Below, in pieces: positions 1 to 9,693 of a DNA stretch of 64,000 bases. Where the stretch lies: the NCBI GenBank assembly GCA_002919235.1, contig PKEX01000009.1, positions 67,617 to 131,616 of the forward strand. Reading direction: 5' to 3'. Source of the stretch: Clostridia bacterium (lineage in GTDB: Bacteria > Bacillota > Limnochordia > DTU080 > RSA5). The position numbers and the translations under genes were made by a program. The notes beneath the pieces are model-generated. The model searched no databases and had not been told where the DNA came from. It saw only the letters and a list, made by a program, of their open reading frames with translations. Within the stretch, counting starts at the first letter, position 1; each line of letters starts with the position of its first letter.

Positions 1-141
1 TTCCCCGCACAGCACGAAGACGGGGAGGGTCAAAGGCAGCGCTTCCCGCTGCGCCACGGCGCCCCCGCTTCCGCCCAGCAACGCCGGGACCACGAGCCCG
101 GCCCACAGGAGCGCGGCTCTCCTTTTCCTCCACTCAGGCAT
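1..141 (-). CDS. 5' part of a probable exported protein (runs off the window start)
   Basis: ATG at 141 opens MPEWRKRRAALLWAGLVVPALLGGSGGAVAQ..., a basic, hydrophobic, AxA signal-peptide pattern that stays open to position 1. Confidence 0.5.
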   Translation of the reverse strand, partial: MPEWRKRRAALLWAGLVVPALLGGSGGAVAQREALPLTLPVFVLCGE

Positions 142-304
142 CGGTTCCCGTCCTTTCGCCCGGGTGTTCGGAGCCGGTACACCCTATGCCGCTCCGGACC
201 CGGGTAGGCGCCCCCGCTCGTGCCTCGGCTTGCCCTCCCGCACCGGCCTCGGGTACCATAGGAGGCAGGTGCCAGGCTTCCACTACCTTCGACGAGGTGT
301 CGCG

Positions 305-796
305 ATGAGCAAAGTGCGGGTCTTGTTCGTCTGTCTCGGAAACATCTGCCGGTCGCCGATGGCGGAGGCGGTGTTCCGGGCGCGGGTAGCGCAGCGGGGT
401 CTTGCGGACCGGATCGAGGTGGCGTCGACGGGCACCGGCCACTGGAACCTGGGCCAGCCGCCCCACCGGGGGACCCAGCGGATCTTGCAGGAGCGGGGGT
501 ACTCCTTCGACGGGATGCGGGCCAAGAAGCTGCCGGCCAGCGAGATCCTGACGTACGACTACATCGTGGCGATGGACCGCTCCAACGTGGAGGACCTGGT
601 GGCCATGGGCGTTCCCCGGGAGCGCATCCGCATGCTCACCGACTACGTGCCGGGAAAGGAAGGGCAGGACGTGCCCGACCCCTACTACACCGGCAACTTC
701 GAGGAGGTCTACGAACTGGTAGATGCCGGCGTCGACCGGCTGCTGGACGAGATCGCCTCGTCGCCCAACCCCAGCGCTTCCACCACGTCCCGGTAA
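305..796 (+). CDS. Low molecular weight protein-tyrosine phosphatase
   Basis: FVCLGNICRSP active-site loop, DPYY motif, GAGGTG RBS before ATG 305. Confidence 0.93.
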   Translation: MSKVRVLFVCLGNICRSPMAEAVFRARVAQRGLADRIEVASTGTGHWNLGQPPHRGTQRILQERGYSFDGMRAKKLPASEILTYDYIVAMDRSNVEDLVAMGVPRERIRMLTDYVPGKEGQDVPDPYYTGNFEEVYELVDAGVDRLLDEIASSPNPSASTTSR

Positions 797-1476
797 GTCT
801 CCAGCGCCGCCCGCCCGGCGTCCGTAAGGCCGTAGACGCCGCGGGAGAGCCGCTCAAACCAGCCGTAGTAGTTCCGCTGCAGGATCGACCCTGCCCGCGC
901 TGATGCGCAGGCGGCGCGGATCTCCCGCACGGCGCTGGGCCCCCGGGCGGCGAGGAAACCGGCGATGCGCAGCGCTTCCTCCCGGTAGGCGGTGACGAGG
1001 GGGCGGCCTGCACTGCCGCCCACGTTGAAGTCGCCCGAGCGGGTTTCAAACTCCGCCAGCACTCGGGACCTGCGGCTGGAACGCTTTCGTACAGCGGGGC
1101 TCCGGGGGGTTCCTGGCTCGCAGGCCACTTGGACCCAGCCGCGGCCTTCCCGGCCCAAAGAGACAAAAAGAAGGCCCAGCCCCAGCGTGCGGCAGAGGCG
1201 GACCACCCGATCCCAGTGGGTGCGGCGACGTCCCTTCGGCGTGGGAACGGCCAGGTACACCCGGTCCGTGATGGCCTTCCGATTGAGCCCCTGCAGGATG
1301 AGGGATAGGTTCATCGACCCCTTGAGCTCGACCACCACCACGTCCTCGCCCCGGCAGGCGACCAGATCGCACCCTTCCACCTCGCCGCGCACGGTGTAGC
1401 CCTGCGCGGCCCAAAACTCCTTCACCGGCTGGTAAAGCCGGCTCTCCCGGAGCCTTTCCTCTCGGACTTTGCCCAC
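709..1476 (-). CDS. DUF2161 family putative PD-(D/E)xK nuclease-fold protein
   Basis: LYQPVK..GY.VRGEV..CD....VELK N-terminus, TAYRE.AL and NYYGWFER..RGVY.LT motifs typical of DUF2161. Confidence 0.8.
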   Translation of the reverse strand: MGKVREERLRESRLYQPVKEFWAAQGYTVRGEVEGCDLVACRGEDVVVVELKGSMNLSLILQGLNRKAITDRVYLAVPTPKGRRRTHWDRVVRLCRTLGLGLLFVSLGREGRGWVQVACEPGTPRSPAVRKRSSRRSRVLAEFETRSGDFNVGGSAGRPLVTAYREEALRIAGFLAARGPSAVREIRAACASARAGSILQRNYYGWFERLSRGVYGLTDAGRAALETYRDVVEALGLGDEAISSSSRSTPASTSS

Positions 1477-1591
1477 CCCCGACCGCCGCCGTACGGCGCC
1501 GGAAAAACTCAGACGTTACACCTTCATCCCGCGAGGAGCAGCCCCTTGCCCGGGCGTACTCATCGGGTACCACTCTCGACAGGTACCCGCA

Positions 1592-2020
1592 GTGCGCAGG
1601 CAAAGGCAGGTTTGTCTCAACACCCCGGCTGCGGCCTTTCGCCGTCTCTTCTTGGCTGCCGGCCTTCTCCTCCTGGCCGGCCTGGCGGCGGCTCGCGCCG
1701 CCGGGATGAATCCGGATCACGTCCGGGTATACGAGCCGCGGGCCACCGCCGCGAAAGAAGGCCCGCGCGCCGCCGTGGATCGCATCGTCGACGGGACCCT
1801 GGCCGTGATCTTGATCGGCCCGGCCGGCCGCGAGCGCCTCGTCCCCCTGGCCGAGCTGCCCGCGGGGACGCGGGAGGGAGACTGGCTGGTCGTGGGCGAC
1901 GGCGCTCCCGGTGCGGGTTCTTACGCGCTGGACCGCCGCGCCGCCGCCCGGGCCCGGGCGAGAATCGCCGGTAAACTAGAGGTCCTCAAAGCCCGGGGAT
2001 GCGCGGTCACATGCCTTTGA
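1592..2020 (+). CDS. DUF3006 family protein with N-terminal signal/TM segment
   Basis: VDRIVDG.LAV.L....ER.VP...LP.G.REGDWL motif, preceded by hydrophobic RRLFLAAGLLLLAGLAAARA; start uncertain. Confidence 0.65.
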   Translation: MRRQRQVCLNTPAAAFRRLFLAAGLLLLAGLAAARAAGMNPDHVRVYEPRATAAKEGPRAAVDRIVDGTLAVILIGPAGRERLVPLAELPAGTREGDWLVVGDGAPGAGSYALDRRAAARARARIAGKLEVLKARGCAVTCL

Positions 2021-2264
2021 GGCCCCGCCGGCGCAGCGCCTCCAGCTTGGCGGCGATCCGCTTTTTCACTCGTTCGGTTTCCTCGTGATCGATCTCCGCT
2101 TCGACCAGGGTCTCCCCGTCAAACCGCACCTCGAGCCACATTCCCTCGCGGACGCCTTCCGGCAGGCGCGCCAGGGGGACGATGCGCTCCTCTTCGGACT
2201 CCCCCACCAGGAGGACGGCGTGGAGGCCGTCGACGATGCGGTCGACCACTGCCTTGTCCTTCAT
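2007..2264 (-). CDS. DUF3006 family protein
   Basis: AVVDRIVDG.HAVLLVG...LPEGVREGMWL; GAGGAGG RBS; lies downstream of a ComEC-like gene as is usual for this family. Confidence 0.8.
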   Translation of the reverse strand: MKDKAVVDRIVDGLHAVLLVGESEEERIVPLARLPEGVREGMWLEVRFDGETLVEAEIDHEETERVKKRIAAKLEALRRRGLKGM

Positions 2265-2309
2265 GGAGGCAACCCTCCTCGCCCCCGCCGGGCGAGCGGC
2301 GCCGGCGTG

Positions 2310-3431
2310 CTACGGCATTTCAACGCAGGCAAGTCCCTGCTTCTTGATGTCGCCGAGACGTCCCTGCCCGATCCCGGGGATCCGCAGCAGGTCGTCCAGG
2401 GAGTGGTAAGGCCGCCTGGCGATGAGCTCTTGCGCCCGGACCTCGCCGATGTGGACGATCTTGGCCAGCTCCTCGGCGCTGGCCGTGTTGACGTTCACCT
2501 GCCCGGGGAGGCACTTCCCTCCCGCCAAGGCCGACGCCAGGGCCACCGGCCCCCGGTCTTCCCGCTCCACGGTGACGCGGTAGGTGGTCCCGTCCGTGAC
2601 CACTTTGATGGTCCCGTGGACGTCCGTCCCGTACACCGTCACGCCGTGCTGGAGCAGCCGCTCGAGGGTCTCCGCGTGGGGATGCCCGTAGGAGTTCCCC
2701 TCGCCGGCCGAATAGATGGCCACCCGGGGCCGGACGGCGGCCAAGAACGCGTCGCTGGTGGACGTGCGCGACCCGTGGTGCCCCACGTGCAGGATGTCCG
2801 CGGAGAGGTCGTGGCCCCGGGCGATCATCTCCAGCTCCGCCGGCGCCTCGGCGTCGCCGGTAAGCAAGATGGTTACATCACCATACACCACCCGCATCGC
2901 GATGGAGCCGTTGTTGAAGTCCCCCGTCACCTCCGCCGGGTGGACCACTTCGATCCGGGCGCTGCCCAGCTGGAACACTTCGCCCGCCCGCGGCTCGTGA
3001 TATCCGGCCCCCGACTCCAAGATCGCGTCGATAGTCTCCTCGAAGTTGCGGGTGGTGTGCACGTCGCCCGAGAGCCAGACGTCCACCACTGGAAAGCTCC
3101 TCAACACCCGGGGAAACTGCCCGATATGGTCCGAATGCGGGTGGGTGCCCACCAGGAGATCGATGCGCTCGACCCCGGCCGATTGGAGATACGGCACCAC
3201 GTCATTCCGGTCGTGCCGTCCGGCATCCACCAGCATGACGAAATCGGGGCCCAGAAAGAGCGTGGCGTCGCCTTGCCCTACGTCGATAAAGTGGATTTCC
3301 AGGACCCGCGGCGCGCCCGCCGCGCCCGGGCCCGCCGCCAGCAAGAGGCTGAGGACGAAGGCCGCGAGCAAGAAGGCCTTGGCCCACGCCTTCTGCAATC
3401 CAAGCCGCCGCCGGATCCGCTTGCCGTTCAT
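2310..3431 (-). CDS. Exported ComEC/Rec2-type metallo-beta-lactamase-fold hydrolase with C-terminal ComEA-like HhH domain
   Basis: Signal peptide; FIDVGQGD, THPHSDHIG, LTGD, GHHGS, NSYGHPH; C-terminal VNVNTAS.EEL...IG..RA..I...RPY HhH. Confidence 0.88.
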   Translation of the reverse strand: MNGKRIRRRLGLQKAWAKAFLLAAFVLSLLLAAGPGAAGAPRVLEIHFIDVGQGDATLFLGPDFVMLVDAGRHDRNDVVPYLQSAGVERIDLLVGTHPHSDHIGQFPRVLRSFPVVDVWLSGDVHTTRNFEETIDAILESGAGYHEPRAGEVFQLGSARIEVVHPAEVTGDFNNGSIAMRVVYGDVTILLTGDAEAPAELEMIARGHDLSADILHVGHHGSRTSTSDAFLAAVRPRVAIYSAGEGNSYGHPHAETLERLLQHGVTVYGTDVHGTIKVVTDGTTYRVTVEREDRGPVALASALAGGKCLPGQVNVNTASAEELAKIVHIGEVRAQELIARRPYHSLDDLLRIPGIGQGRLGDIKKQGLACVEMP

Positions 3432-3916
3432 CGGGCCCGAAACGCCTCCCTGGCCCGGACGATGGCATCGACGGCCACGTCCTTGTCGGCCCAGCCGCGC
3501 ACCTCTACTTTCCGGCCTTCCAGCTCCTTATAGACCGCGAAGAAGTGGCTGATGGCCCGCAGGGTGTGGCTGGCGATGTCGGCGAGACTTTGGATGTGCT
3601 GCTGGTACGGGTCGACGGCGCAGACCGACAGGATCTTGATGTCCTTGCCCTTGTCGTCGGTCATGTCCAGCGCCCCGATGACCCGGGCGGGGACGATGCA
3701 GGTCGGCTGAAAGCGAGCCGGCCCCAGCACCAGGATATCGAGGGCGTCGCCGTCTTCGGCCAGCGTCTCCGGGATGTAGCCATAGTTGGCCGGGTACACT
3801 ACGGGGCTCGGCAGGATGCGATCGACCCGCAGGACTCCTCGTTCTTCGTCGATTTCGTACTTGATCTGGCTCCCTTCCGGCAGTTCGATCAATGCGTCCA
3901 CGATCACTGCGATCAT
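3428..3916 (-). CDS. ppa: Family I inorganic pyrophosphatase
   Basis: IKYE, YPANYGYIP.TL.EDGDALD, D.KI, FF..YK.LE motifs; start at ATG 3916 or a nearby GTG. Confidence 0.92.
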   Translation of the reverse strand: MIAVIVDALIELPEGSQIKYEIDEERGVLRVDRILPSPVVYPANYGYIPETLAEDGDALDILVLGPARFQPTCIVPARVIGALDMTDDKGKDIKILSVCAVDPYQQHIQSLADIASHTLRAISHFFAVYKELEGRKVEVRGWADKDVAVDAIVRAREAFRAR

Positions 3917-4075
3917 CTCCTCGCCAACCCGGCGTTCTGGCATGCCATAACCTTTAGCCATCCGGCCGGACACGTCCTCCAGCCCGGTCCGCCCGGCCTT
4001 CGGCTTGACACCGCCTCGGCGCCCGTGATAGAGTGCTGATCGACGATGTTCGATCAAGCCGCGGGCGGTGAAACC

Positions 4076-4390
4076 ATGGCCGAGGAGGTCCTCTCCACCG
4101 CGGAGGACCGCGAGATCGCATTGATCGGCAAGGCGCTGTCGAACCCCATCCGCGTGCGGATGCTCCGCTTCATCGGGGCGCAGGGTGCCTATTGCGGGGA
4201 CTTGACGGAGCGGTTTGGCCTGGCACAGTCCACCGTCTCCCACCACATCCGCATCCTCAAGGAAGCAGGGCTGATCGAGGGAGAGGAGCAGGGCACGTCC
4301 ACCTGCTACCGGGTGGTGCCCCGCCGGTGCGAGGCGGTCTGCCGGCTCATCTCCGAAACCTTGCGGGGCGCGGCGGGCCTTGCCCGCTGA
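4076..4390 (+). CDS. ArsR/SmtB family transcriptional regulator
   Basis: KALSNP.R..ML, LAQSTVSHH.RILKEAGLI; several Cys residues. Confidence 0.88.
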   Translation: MAEEVLSTAEDREIALIGKALSNPIRVRMLRFIGAQGAYCGDLTERFGLAQSTVSHHIRILKEAGLIEGEEQGTSTCYRVVPRRCEAVCRLISETLRGAAGLAR

Positions 4391-4497
4391 GCCCGGCAGG
4401 CCGGCGTTCCCGCCCGTTTCCGCACGCCTTAAGGCAGGGAGAAGCGGCCCCCGGGTGGAATACCCCCGGAGAGCGCCTCATCGTCGCCGGGCCGCGC

Positions 4498-4713
4498 TCA
4501 GTCGTCCTCCCGGTGGCCGTAATGCTTGGTGACGCTTTCCACCGCGTCGCCGTCGATGACGTACGTGGCCTTGGGCCCGCGTAAGGTGAGGAGCCGCCGC
4601 TCCGTGTCAAACTTGGTGTCGCCCAGGTGGAGCTCAAAGGTCTGGCCGCCGGCGGTGTGGATGATGAGCTCGCCCCACTCTTGCAGGAGCTCGTGGACGA
4701 TTTCCATCTTCAC
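4498..4713 (-). CDS. Small hypothetical protein (~70 aa, beta-rich)
   Basis: GGGAG RBS before GTG 4713; codon usage fits the genome. Confidence 0.6.
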   Translation of the reverse strand: MKMEIVHELLQEWGELIIHTAGGQTFELHLGDTKFDTERRLLTLRGPKATYVIDGDAVESVTKHYGHREDD

Positions 4714-4802
4714 GAGAACGCACTCCCTTGCAGTCGGTGTGGCCGCGAAGCGGCCCGGCAAGATGCCAGGTCTAGTTTTTCCATGAGGAAGAGCGGCATA
4801 TC

Positions 4803-5447
4803 ATGAGACGACGCGGTTTTGCCATCATCGCCATCATGATCCTGCTGGCGCCTTTCCTCTTTTCCGGAGCGGCCGTACACGGGGCCAGCGGCGAGGTGCG
4901 GGAGTGGCAGCTGGGCGAGCGCACCCTGGCGCGAGGCTCCTGGGGCGCCGACGTGTTTACGCTCCAGATTTACCTCAAAGAGCTGGGATACGAGCTCGCG
5001 GCGGACGGGCTCTACGGCTCTGAGACCAAAGCGGCAGTCGAAGCGTTCCAGAGGGACTACGGCCTGCCGGTGACGGGAATCGCCGGGCCGCAGACCATCG
5101 AGCGGCTGGCCTGGGCGCGCCTTCGCCGCATGGAGACGATGCCGTACACCGTGCAGCCGGGAGACTCCTTGTGGTCCATCGCCCGCACCTTCGACACCAC
5201 CATGGAGGTCCTGATCGAGATCAACGACCTGCCCGACCGGCCGCTGCGGGCGGGTGAAGTGATCGAGGTGCCGGCGCTGGCACGGTACGAAGTAAAGCCC
5301 GGCGACACCCTGTGGGGGATCGCCCGGCGGTTCCGCACCACGGTCCAGGAGCTGGCCGGCCTCAACGGCATCTCGCCCGACGACACCTTGCGGGTGGGCA
5401 CCGTCCTGTGGCTCCCCAGGGGCTCGGTCATCTTGCCTGATCCGTGA
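4803..5447 (+). CDS. Exported peptidoglycan-binding protein (PG_binding_1 plus two LysM)
   Basis: Signal peptide; ADGLYGSETKAAVEAFQ...GLPVTGIAGP.T; two Y.V.PGD.LW.IAR.F LysM repeats. Confidence 0.88.
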   Translation: MRRRGFAIIAIMILLAPFLFSGAAVHGASGEVREWQLGERTLARGSWGADVFTLQIYLKELGYELAADGLYGSETKAAVEAFQRDYGLPVTGIAGPQTIERLAWARLRRMETMPYTVQPGDSLWSIARTFDTTMEVLIEINDLPDRPLRAGEVIEVPALARYEVKPGDTLWGIARRFRTTVQELAGLNGISPDDTLRVGTVLWLPRGSVILPDP

Positions 5448-5474
5448 CACACGACGAAAGGCGGCGACTTTGGT

Positions 5475-6377
5475 TTGAGCCAAGCTCTACCCAGACGATC
5501 GCTGGAAGCTGCTGAGGGGCGCGCCGCTGCGCCTTCTTTTCGCGACTTTGTCGAGATCACCAAGCCCAAGCACCAGTTTGTCCTCTTCACGGGCTTCGTG
5601 ACCATGCGCCTCGCCGCGCCGGAGCTCCCGTGGGACCTGGCTCTCTTTACCCTGCTGGGCACGGCGCTGGCCGTCGCGTCGTCCCACGTCTTCAACCAGA
5701 TCTTTGACCGGGACATCGACGCGCTCATGGAACGGACCAAGAACCGCCCCATGGCCGCGGGCAGGATCCGGGTCCCGCAGGCCGCGGCCTTCGGCAGCGT
5801 CCTCGGCCTCCTCTCCCTCGCGGTGATGGCCTGGAAGACCAACCCGCTGACCGTGCTCTTGACTGTCGCCGGATGGTTTGTCTATGCAGTGGTGTACTCG
5901 TACTGGCTCAAGCGCCGCAGCCCCTGGTGCACCTTGGTGGGCGGCATCTCCGGGGCGATGCCCACGCTCATCGGCTGGGCGGCGGTGAAAGGGAACCTGG
6001 AAGCCGTCCCGCTGCTCTTCTTCGCCTTTATGGCCATCTGGCAGAGCCCGCACTTCTTTGCCCTCTCGCTCTACCGGGCAGATGAATACCGGCGGGCCGG
6101 CATCCCGGTGGTGGTGGTCCGCTACGGCATCCGCTCCACCCTGCGGCGGATGCTGGTGCACGGGCCGCTCCTCATCGGCTGCACGCTGCTGCTTTCCGCC
6201 CAGGGCGTCGGCGGTGCGTTCTTCCTCTACACGACGCTCATCGCAGGGCTCCTCTACTACGCCGGCATCATCCAGGCGAACCGCGAGGGCGAAAAAGCAG
6301 CCGCTGCCTGGGGCAAGCGGCTCTTCCACGCGTCGTACGCCTACATGCTGCTGGTCTTCGCCTGCGCTCTCGTGTGA
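5475..6377 (+). CDS. ctaB: Protoheme IX farnesyltransferase (heme O synthase)
   Basis: ITKP, NQIFDRDIDALMERTKNRP, WLKR, IWQSPHF..L......EY. Confidence 0.92.
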   Translation: MSQALPRRSLEAAEGRAAAPSFRDFVEITKPKHQFVLFTGFVTMRLAAPELPWDLALFTLLGTALAVASSHVFNQIFDRDIDALMERTKNRPMAAGRIRVPQAAAFGSVLGLLSLAVMAWKTNPLTVLLTVAGWFVYAVVYSYWLKRRSPWCTLVGGISGAMPTLIGWAAVKGNLEAVPLLFFAFMAIWQSPHFFALSLYRADEYRRAGIPVVVVRYGIRSTLRRMLVHGPLLIGCTLLLSAQGVGGAFFLYTTLIAGLLYYAGIIQANREGEKAAAAWGKRLFHASYAYMLLVFACALV

Positions 6378-6399
6378 CGGGCGCCGCCCCGGCGCGGCC

Positions 6400-7392
6400 C
6401 TACGAAATCCCGAAGACCCGCACGATCAGGGGCGTGTCGACGGTGACGTGGGGCGCGATGGCGTGATAGGCCCAAAGGTGCACCCACGCGTTGCCCGTCC
6501 TCAGGGTGAGGACGGACTTGATCAGCCCGGGGTACGCAAACTGCAAGAAGACGAAGGCCACGCTGAGGAGCCCGTGAGCCAGCGAATCGTACACGGTCCA
6601 GTACTCCACCAGATGCAGCCCGGCGTAGGTCAGAGCGCCGAGGACCGCCGCTGAAGCCCGTGATCCGGTCACCTTGAGGTACCGGGGAAAGAGCAGGGAG
6701 TAGATGAAGATCATCACCGGCAGGCCGGTGCCGAGCAGGTGAAGGACCAGCGTCAGCGGCACGCCCAGCGCGAGCTGCCTCGCGCTGAGGGAGAAGATCC
6801 CGGGAAACGTGACCAGCTCGCCGATGCTTTCCACCAGCAGGATGACGGCGATGACGAGGAAGTCCTTCTTCGCGTCTTCAGACTTCAAGCCCAGCTCCCG
6901 GTGCCCGTAGCCGCGCCGGCGGAACACCAGGTACGGGATGAGAGCAAAGAACACCCCGTTGTAGATCGCCCACACCACGGCGTCGGCCGGCGCCAGGTGG
7001 TGAGTGGGTCCAAACACCGAACCGTGCAGGTGCAGGCCGATCCCGAACGCGTTCCCCACACCCAGCACCACCGCGCCGTAGACCAGAAGAGCAATCATCT
7101 CGCGCCTTGCCGCCGTGACGCCGGGCGTGCGCGCCTCGAAATCCACGGCCGGCCGTCCCCGGGTCGCCAGGAACGCGAGGCCGATGATGACCAGCGCAAA
7201 GGCAATCTGCATGAGCTGGGTCATGAGGTTGGGGATCAGCTCGTGTGTCCCCACCGCAGGCCGGTCGAACGGCAGGCCGCCGGATCCCAGCACAAGAGCC
7301 ACGCCGAAGGCGAGCACCGTCGCCCCCGCAAACCCGTGCAGGGCACGGAAGGATTCCCCGGACTTCGTCTGAATGGACGGCGATACGTTCAT
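6400..7392 (-). CDS. Multi-pass membrane protein, possibly a degenerate CPBP/Abi family member
   Basis: About 8-9 TM segments; C-terminal YAGLH and RTGNAWVHLWAYH resemble CPBP motifs, but the EExxxR motif is absent. Confidence 0.55.
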   Translation of the reverse strand: MNVSPSIQTKSGESFRALHGFAGATVLAFGVALVLGSGGLPFDRPAVGTHELIPNLMTQLMQIAFALVIIGLAFLATRGRPAVDFEARTPGVTAARREMIALLVYGAVVLGVGNAFGIGLHLHGSVFGPTHHLAPADAVVWAIYNGVFFALIPYLVFRRRGYGHRELGLKSEDAKKDFLVIAVILLVESIGELVTFPGIFSLSARQLALGVPLTLVLHLLGTGLPVMIFIYSLLFPRYLKVTGSRASAAVLGALTYAGLHLVEYWTVYDSLAHGLLSVAFVFLQFAYPGLIKSVLTLRTGNAWVHLWAYHAIAPHVTVDTPLIVRVFGIS

Positions 7393-7501
7393 CTTTCACG
7401 CAGATCCTTTCTTGTGTGCTGATGCTGAAACTTCGGTCTTGCCCCGCTCCACCGGCCGGCGGCGCCTCTCGCACGGGCGTCCGGCACCTCTCGCCTTATC
7501 G

Positions 7502-8161
7502 TTATGCCTCTACCACCGCATAGGCCCTCACCGGAAACGCGCTGCACCCCCGCACCTTCACCGGGACCGCATGAAACCGGAAACCCGAGGCGGGAAGCTG
7601 CTCGAGGCCCCGCAGGTGTTCCACAATGAGGATGCCGGCGGCGAGCAGGATCGAGTGGACGGGCCGCTCCCCGGTAACGGTGTCGTCGATGTTCAGCGAG
7701 TCGATCCCCACCAAGGCGGGACCGGCCGCCTTCAGCCATTCGGCGGCCTCCGCCGTGAGGAAAGGATGGCCGTGGAAGTACGCCTCCGTACCCCAGTGCC
7801 GCGCCCAGCCCGTATGGACCAGCACCGCCTTTCCCCTCACGTCCGCCCCGGCGAACAGCTCCGGGCCGATGGCCCGCCGCGCGGGGTCCGCGCGAAAGAC
7901 GATCCCTTCCAAGTCGGCGACCTGCTCCAGCGGGAGCTCCGCCAGGTCTTTCTCTCCTTCGTAGCGGTGGAAAGGGGCGTCGATGTAGGTGCCCGTGTTG
8001 CCTACCATCTCGATCTTGCCGATGTGGAAGGTGGTTCCCTGGGCATAGCGGTCCTTCGAGGCCTCCCGGCTCAGGTAGTCGGAGATCACCGGGCCAGGAA
8101 GACCCGGATAGGTCACCATGCCGTGCTCCACCGCGTGGCTGAGATCGATCAGCCGGCGCAT
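7502..8161 (-). CDS. Cyclase family (kynurenine formamidase-like) protein
   Basis: IDLSH, GTYIDAPFH, VGIDS, H..LL..GI.IVEHL, PVRAYA. Confidence 0.88.
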   Translation of the reverse strand: MRRLIDLSHAVEHGMVTYPGLPGPVISDYLSREASKDRYAQGTTFHIGKIEMVGNTGTYIDAPFHRYEGEKDLAELPLEQVADLEGIVFRADPARRAIGPELFAGADVRGKAVLVHTGWARHWGTEAYFHGHPFLTAEAAEWLKAAGPALVGIDSLNIDDTVTGERPVHSILLAAGILIVEHLRGLEQLPASGFRFHAVPVKVRGCSAFPVRAYAVVEA

Positions 8162-8280
8162 CCAACGGTCACCTCTGTCAGGCAGTTGCGAGATTTAGCT
8201 CCATTCTTTCCGCGCCGGCACGCGACTTCCTTGTCAGACGGGCCAGCAGGCACTCAAGACCGGGCGCCGCCTGGCTCGAG

Positions 8281-8328
8281 AAAAAAGATCAAGGGGTTTC
8301 GCGTCGCCTTGAGGCGCCGAAACCCCTT
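8281..8328 (-). terminator. Intrinsic terminator after tRNA-Arg
   Basis: AAGGGGTTTCG...CGAAACCCCTT hairpin followed on the minus strand by a T-run. Confidence 0.7.
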
Positions 8329-8332
8329 AACC

Positions 8333-8409
<77 letters not shown>

Positions 8410-8507
8410 ACGGCAAATGGAGCAGAACTTAATATATCAGATCCCCGGCGAAAGTTCAACCACCTGCTTGCCGCCAGTTGCTCCCGGGGCCCCGGCGGGC
8501 GCCGGGA

Positions 8508-9518
8508 TCACCCTGAAACCGGCCGCGGGATGTACACGATGTTCCCCGTCCAGCTCTGGCCCGGTTCCAGCACGATCATCCCCGCGTCGACGCCTCGCGC
8601 CGCGAGGTTGAAGGCGTCGGTCACGCAGGTGTACGGCTCGAGGCAGATCACGTCCCGCGACAGCGGCGCGTAGATCACGAACTCGCGAAAGGCGCTGTCC
8701 GAGCGGACGGCAATCTCCACGCCGGTGCCGGGATCGGCGTAGACCACCTCCGACGGGCCGTGCTGGTTGAGGCCGGTGTAGACGTCGTCGTACTCCTCGT
8801 CCGCCAGCGGCACGTCGCGGGAGAGGTCCCGGGCCGGCGCGGGCTGCCGGATCTCGCCGGTGGGCAGGAGCCGCGCGTCCAGCTCCCAGACCCCCGTCAC
8901 CGGCGCTTTCACCCGGCACTGGCTGCGGCGGCCCTTGGGGGAGAGGGGCAGCGGGAACCACGGGTGCAGGCCGTAGCCCATGGGCATAGGCCCGGAGCCC
9001 GTGTTCTTCGCGGTCATCTCGTTGGCGAGGGCGCCGTCCTTGAGGCGATAAGTAAAGAGCACCTCGAACGGGAAGGGGAACGCGGCTTCCACCTCGGGGT
9101 GGGCGCTGGACGCAAAGCGGAGCGTCACCCACGCGCCCTCTTCGTCGCTGGCGCCCTGGCTCACCACTTCCCAGGGCCGGTTGTAGACCAGGCCGTGGAT
9201 GGCGTTGTTCCGCTCGGGCTCATTGATGGGCAGAGCCGCCTGTTTCCCCCCAAAGGCAAAGCGGCCGTCCCGCACCCGGTTGGGATAGGGAAAGAGAATC
9301 GGGTTGCCGTAGAGGTACGGCCCCTCCCGGAGGGCGTCGTAGTCGGGAGCGCTGACCAGGAGCTCCAGCGGCTGGCCCTGATGCTCCCACACGTACCGGT
9401 TGCAGTTGGCGCCCACCGTCGGCACGATGGTGGCGCTGCTCTTGGTGCCGGCGTCGATGAGCTCGACCACCTGCTCGCCCCTGTCGACCCTCTGCGCCAC
9501 GGAGTACCTGCTGCTCAT
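8508..9518 (-). CDS. Aldose 1-epimerase family protein
   Basis: ILFPYPNRVRDG, NAIHGLV, G.HPWF, ICLEPYT; GGAGG RBS. Confidence 0.9.
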   Translation of the reverse strand: MSSRYSVAQRVDRGEQVVELIDAGTKSSATIVPTVGANCNRYVWEHQGQPLELLVSAPDYDALREGPYLYGNPILFPYPNRVRDGRFAFGGKQAALPINEPERNNAIHGLVYNRPWEVVSQGASDEEGAWVTLRFASSAHPEVEAAFPFPFEVLFTYRLKDGALANEMTAKNTGSGPMPMGYGLHPWFPLPLSPKGRRSQCRVKAPVTGVWELDARLLPTGEIRQPAPARDLSRDVPLADEEYDDVYTGLNQHGPSEVVYADPGTGVEIAVRSDSAFREFVIYAPLSRDVICLEPYTCVTDAFNLAARGVDAGMIVLEPGQSWTGNIVYIPRPVSG

Positions 9519-9693
9519 GCTCGTCCTCCCAAGAGATTGGTGCGCGGGCACGCGCCGGCGGCCGCCGGCGCTCGGCGCCCGGGCGCCTTTGCCCCAGGGA
9601 AAATTGTACCAGACGCGCTCTGCGGGCGAAAGGGCGACGGGCAGATGCCGGATGCGCCCAAAGATCGCCGGGCGAGATCGCCCGGCGGGCCCG

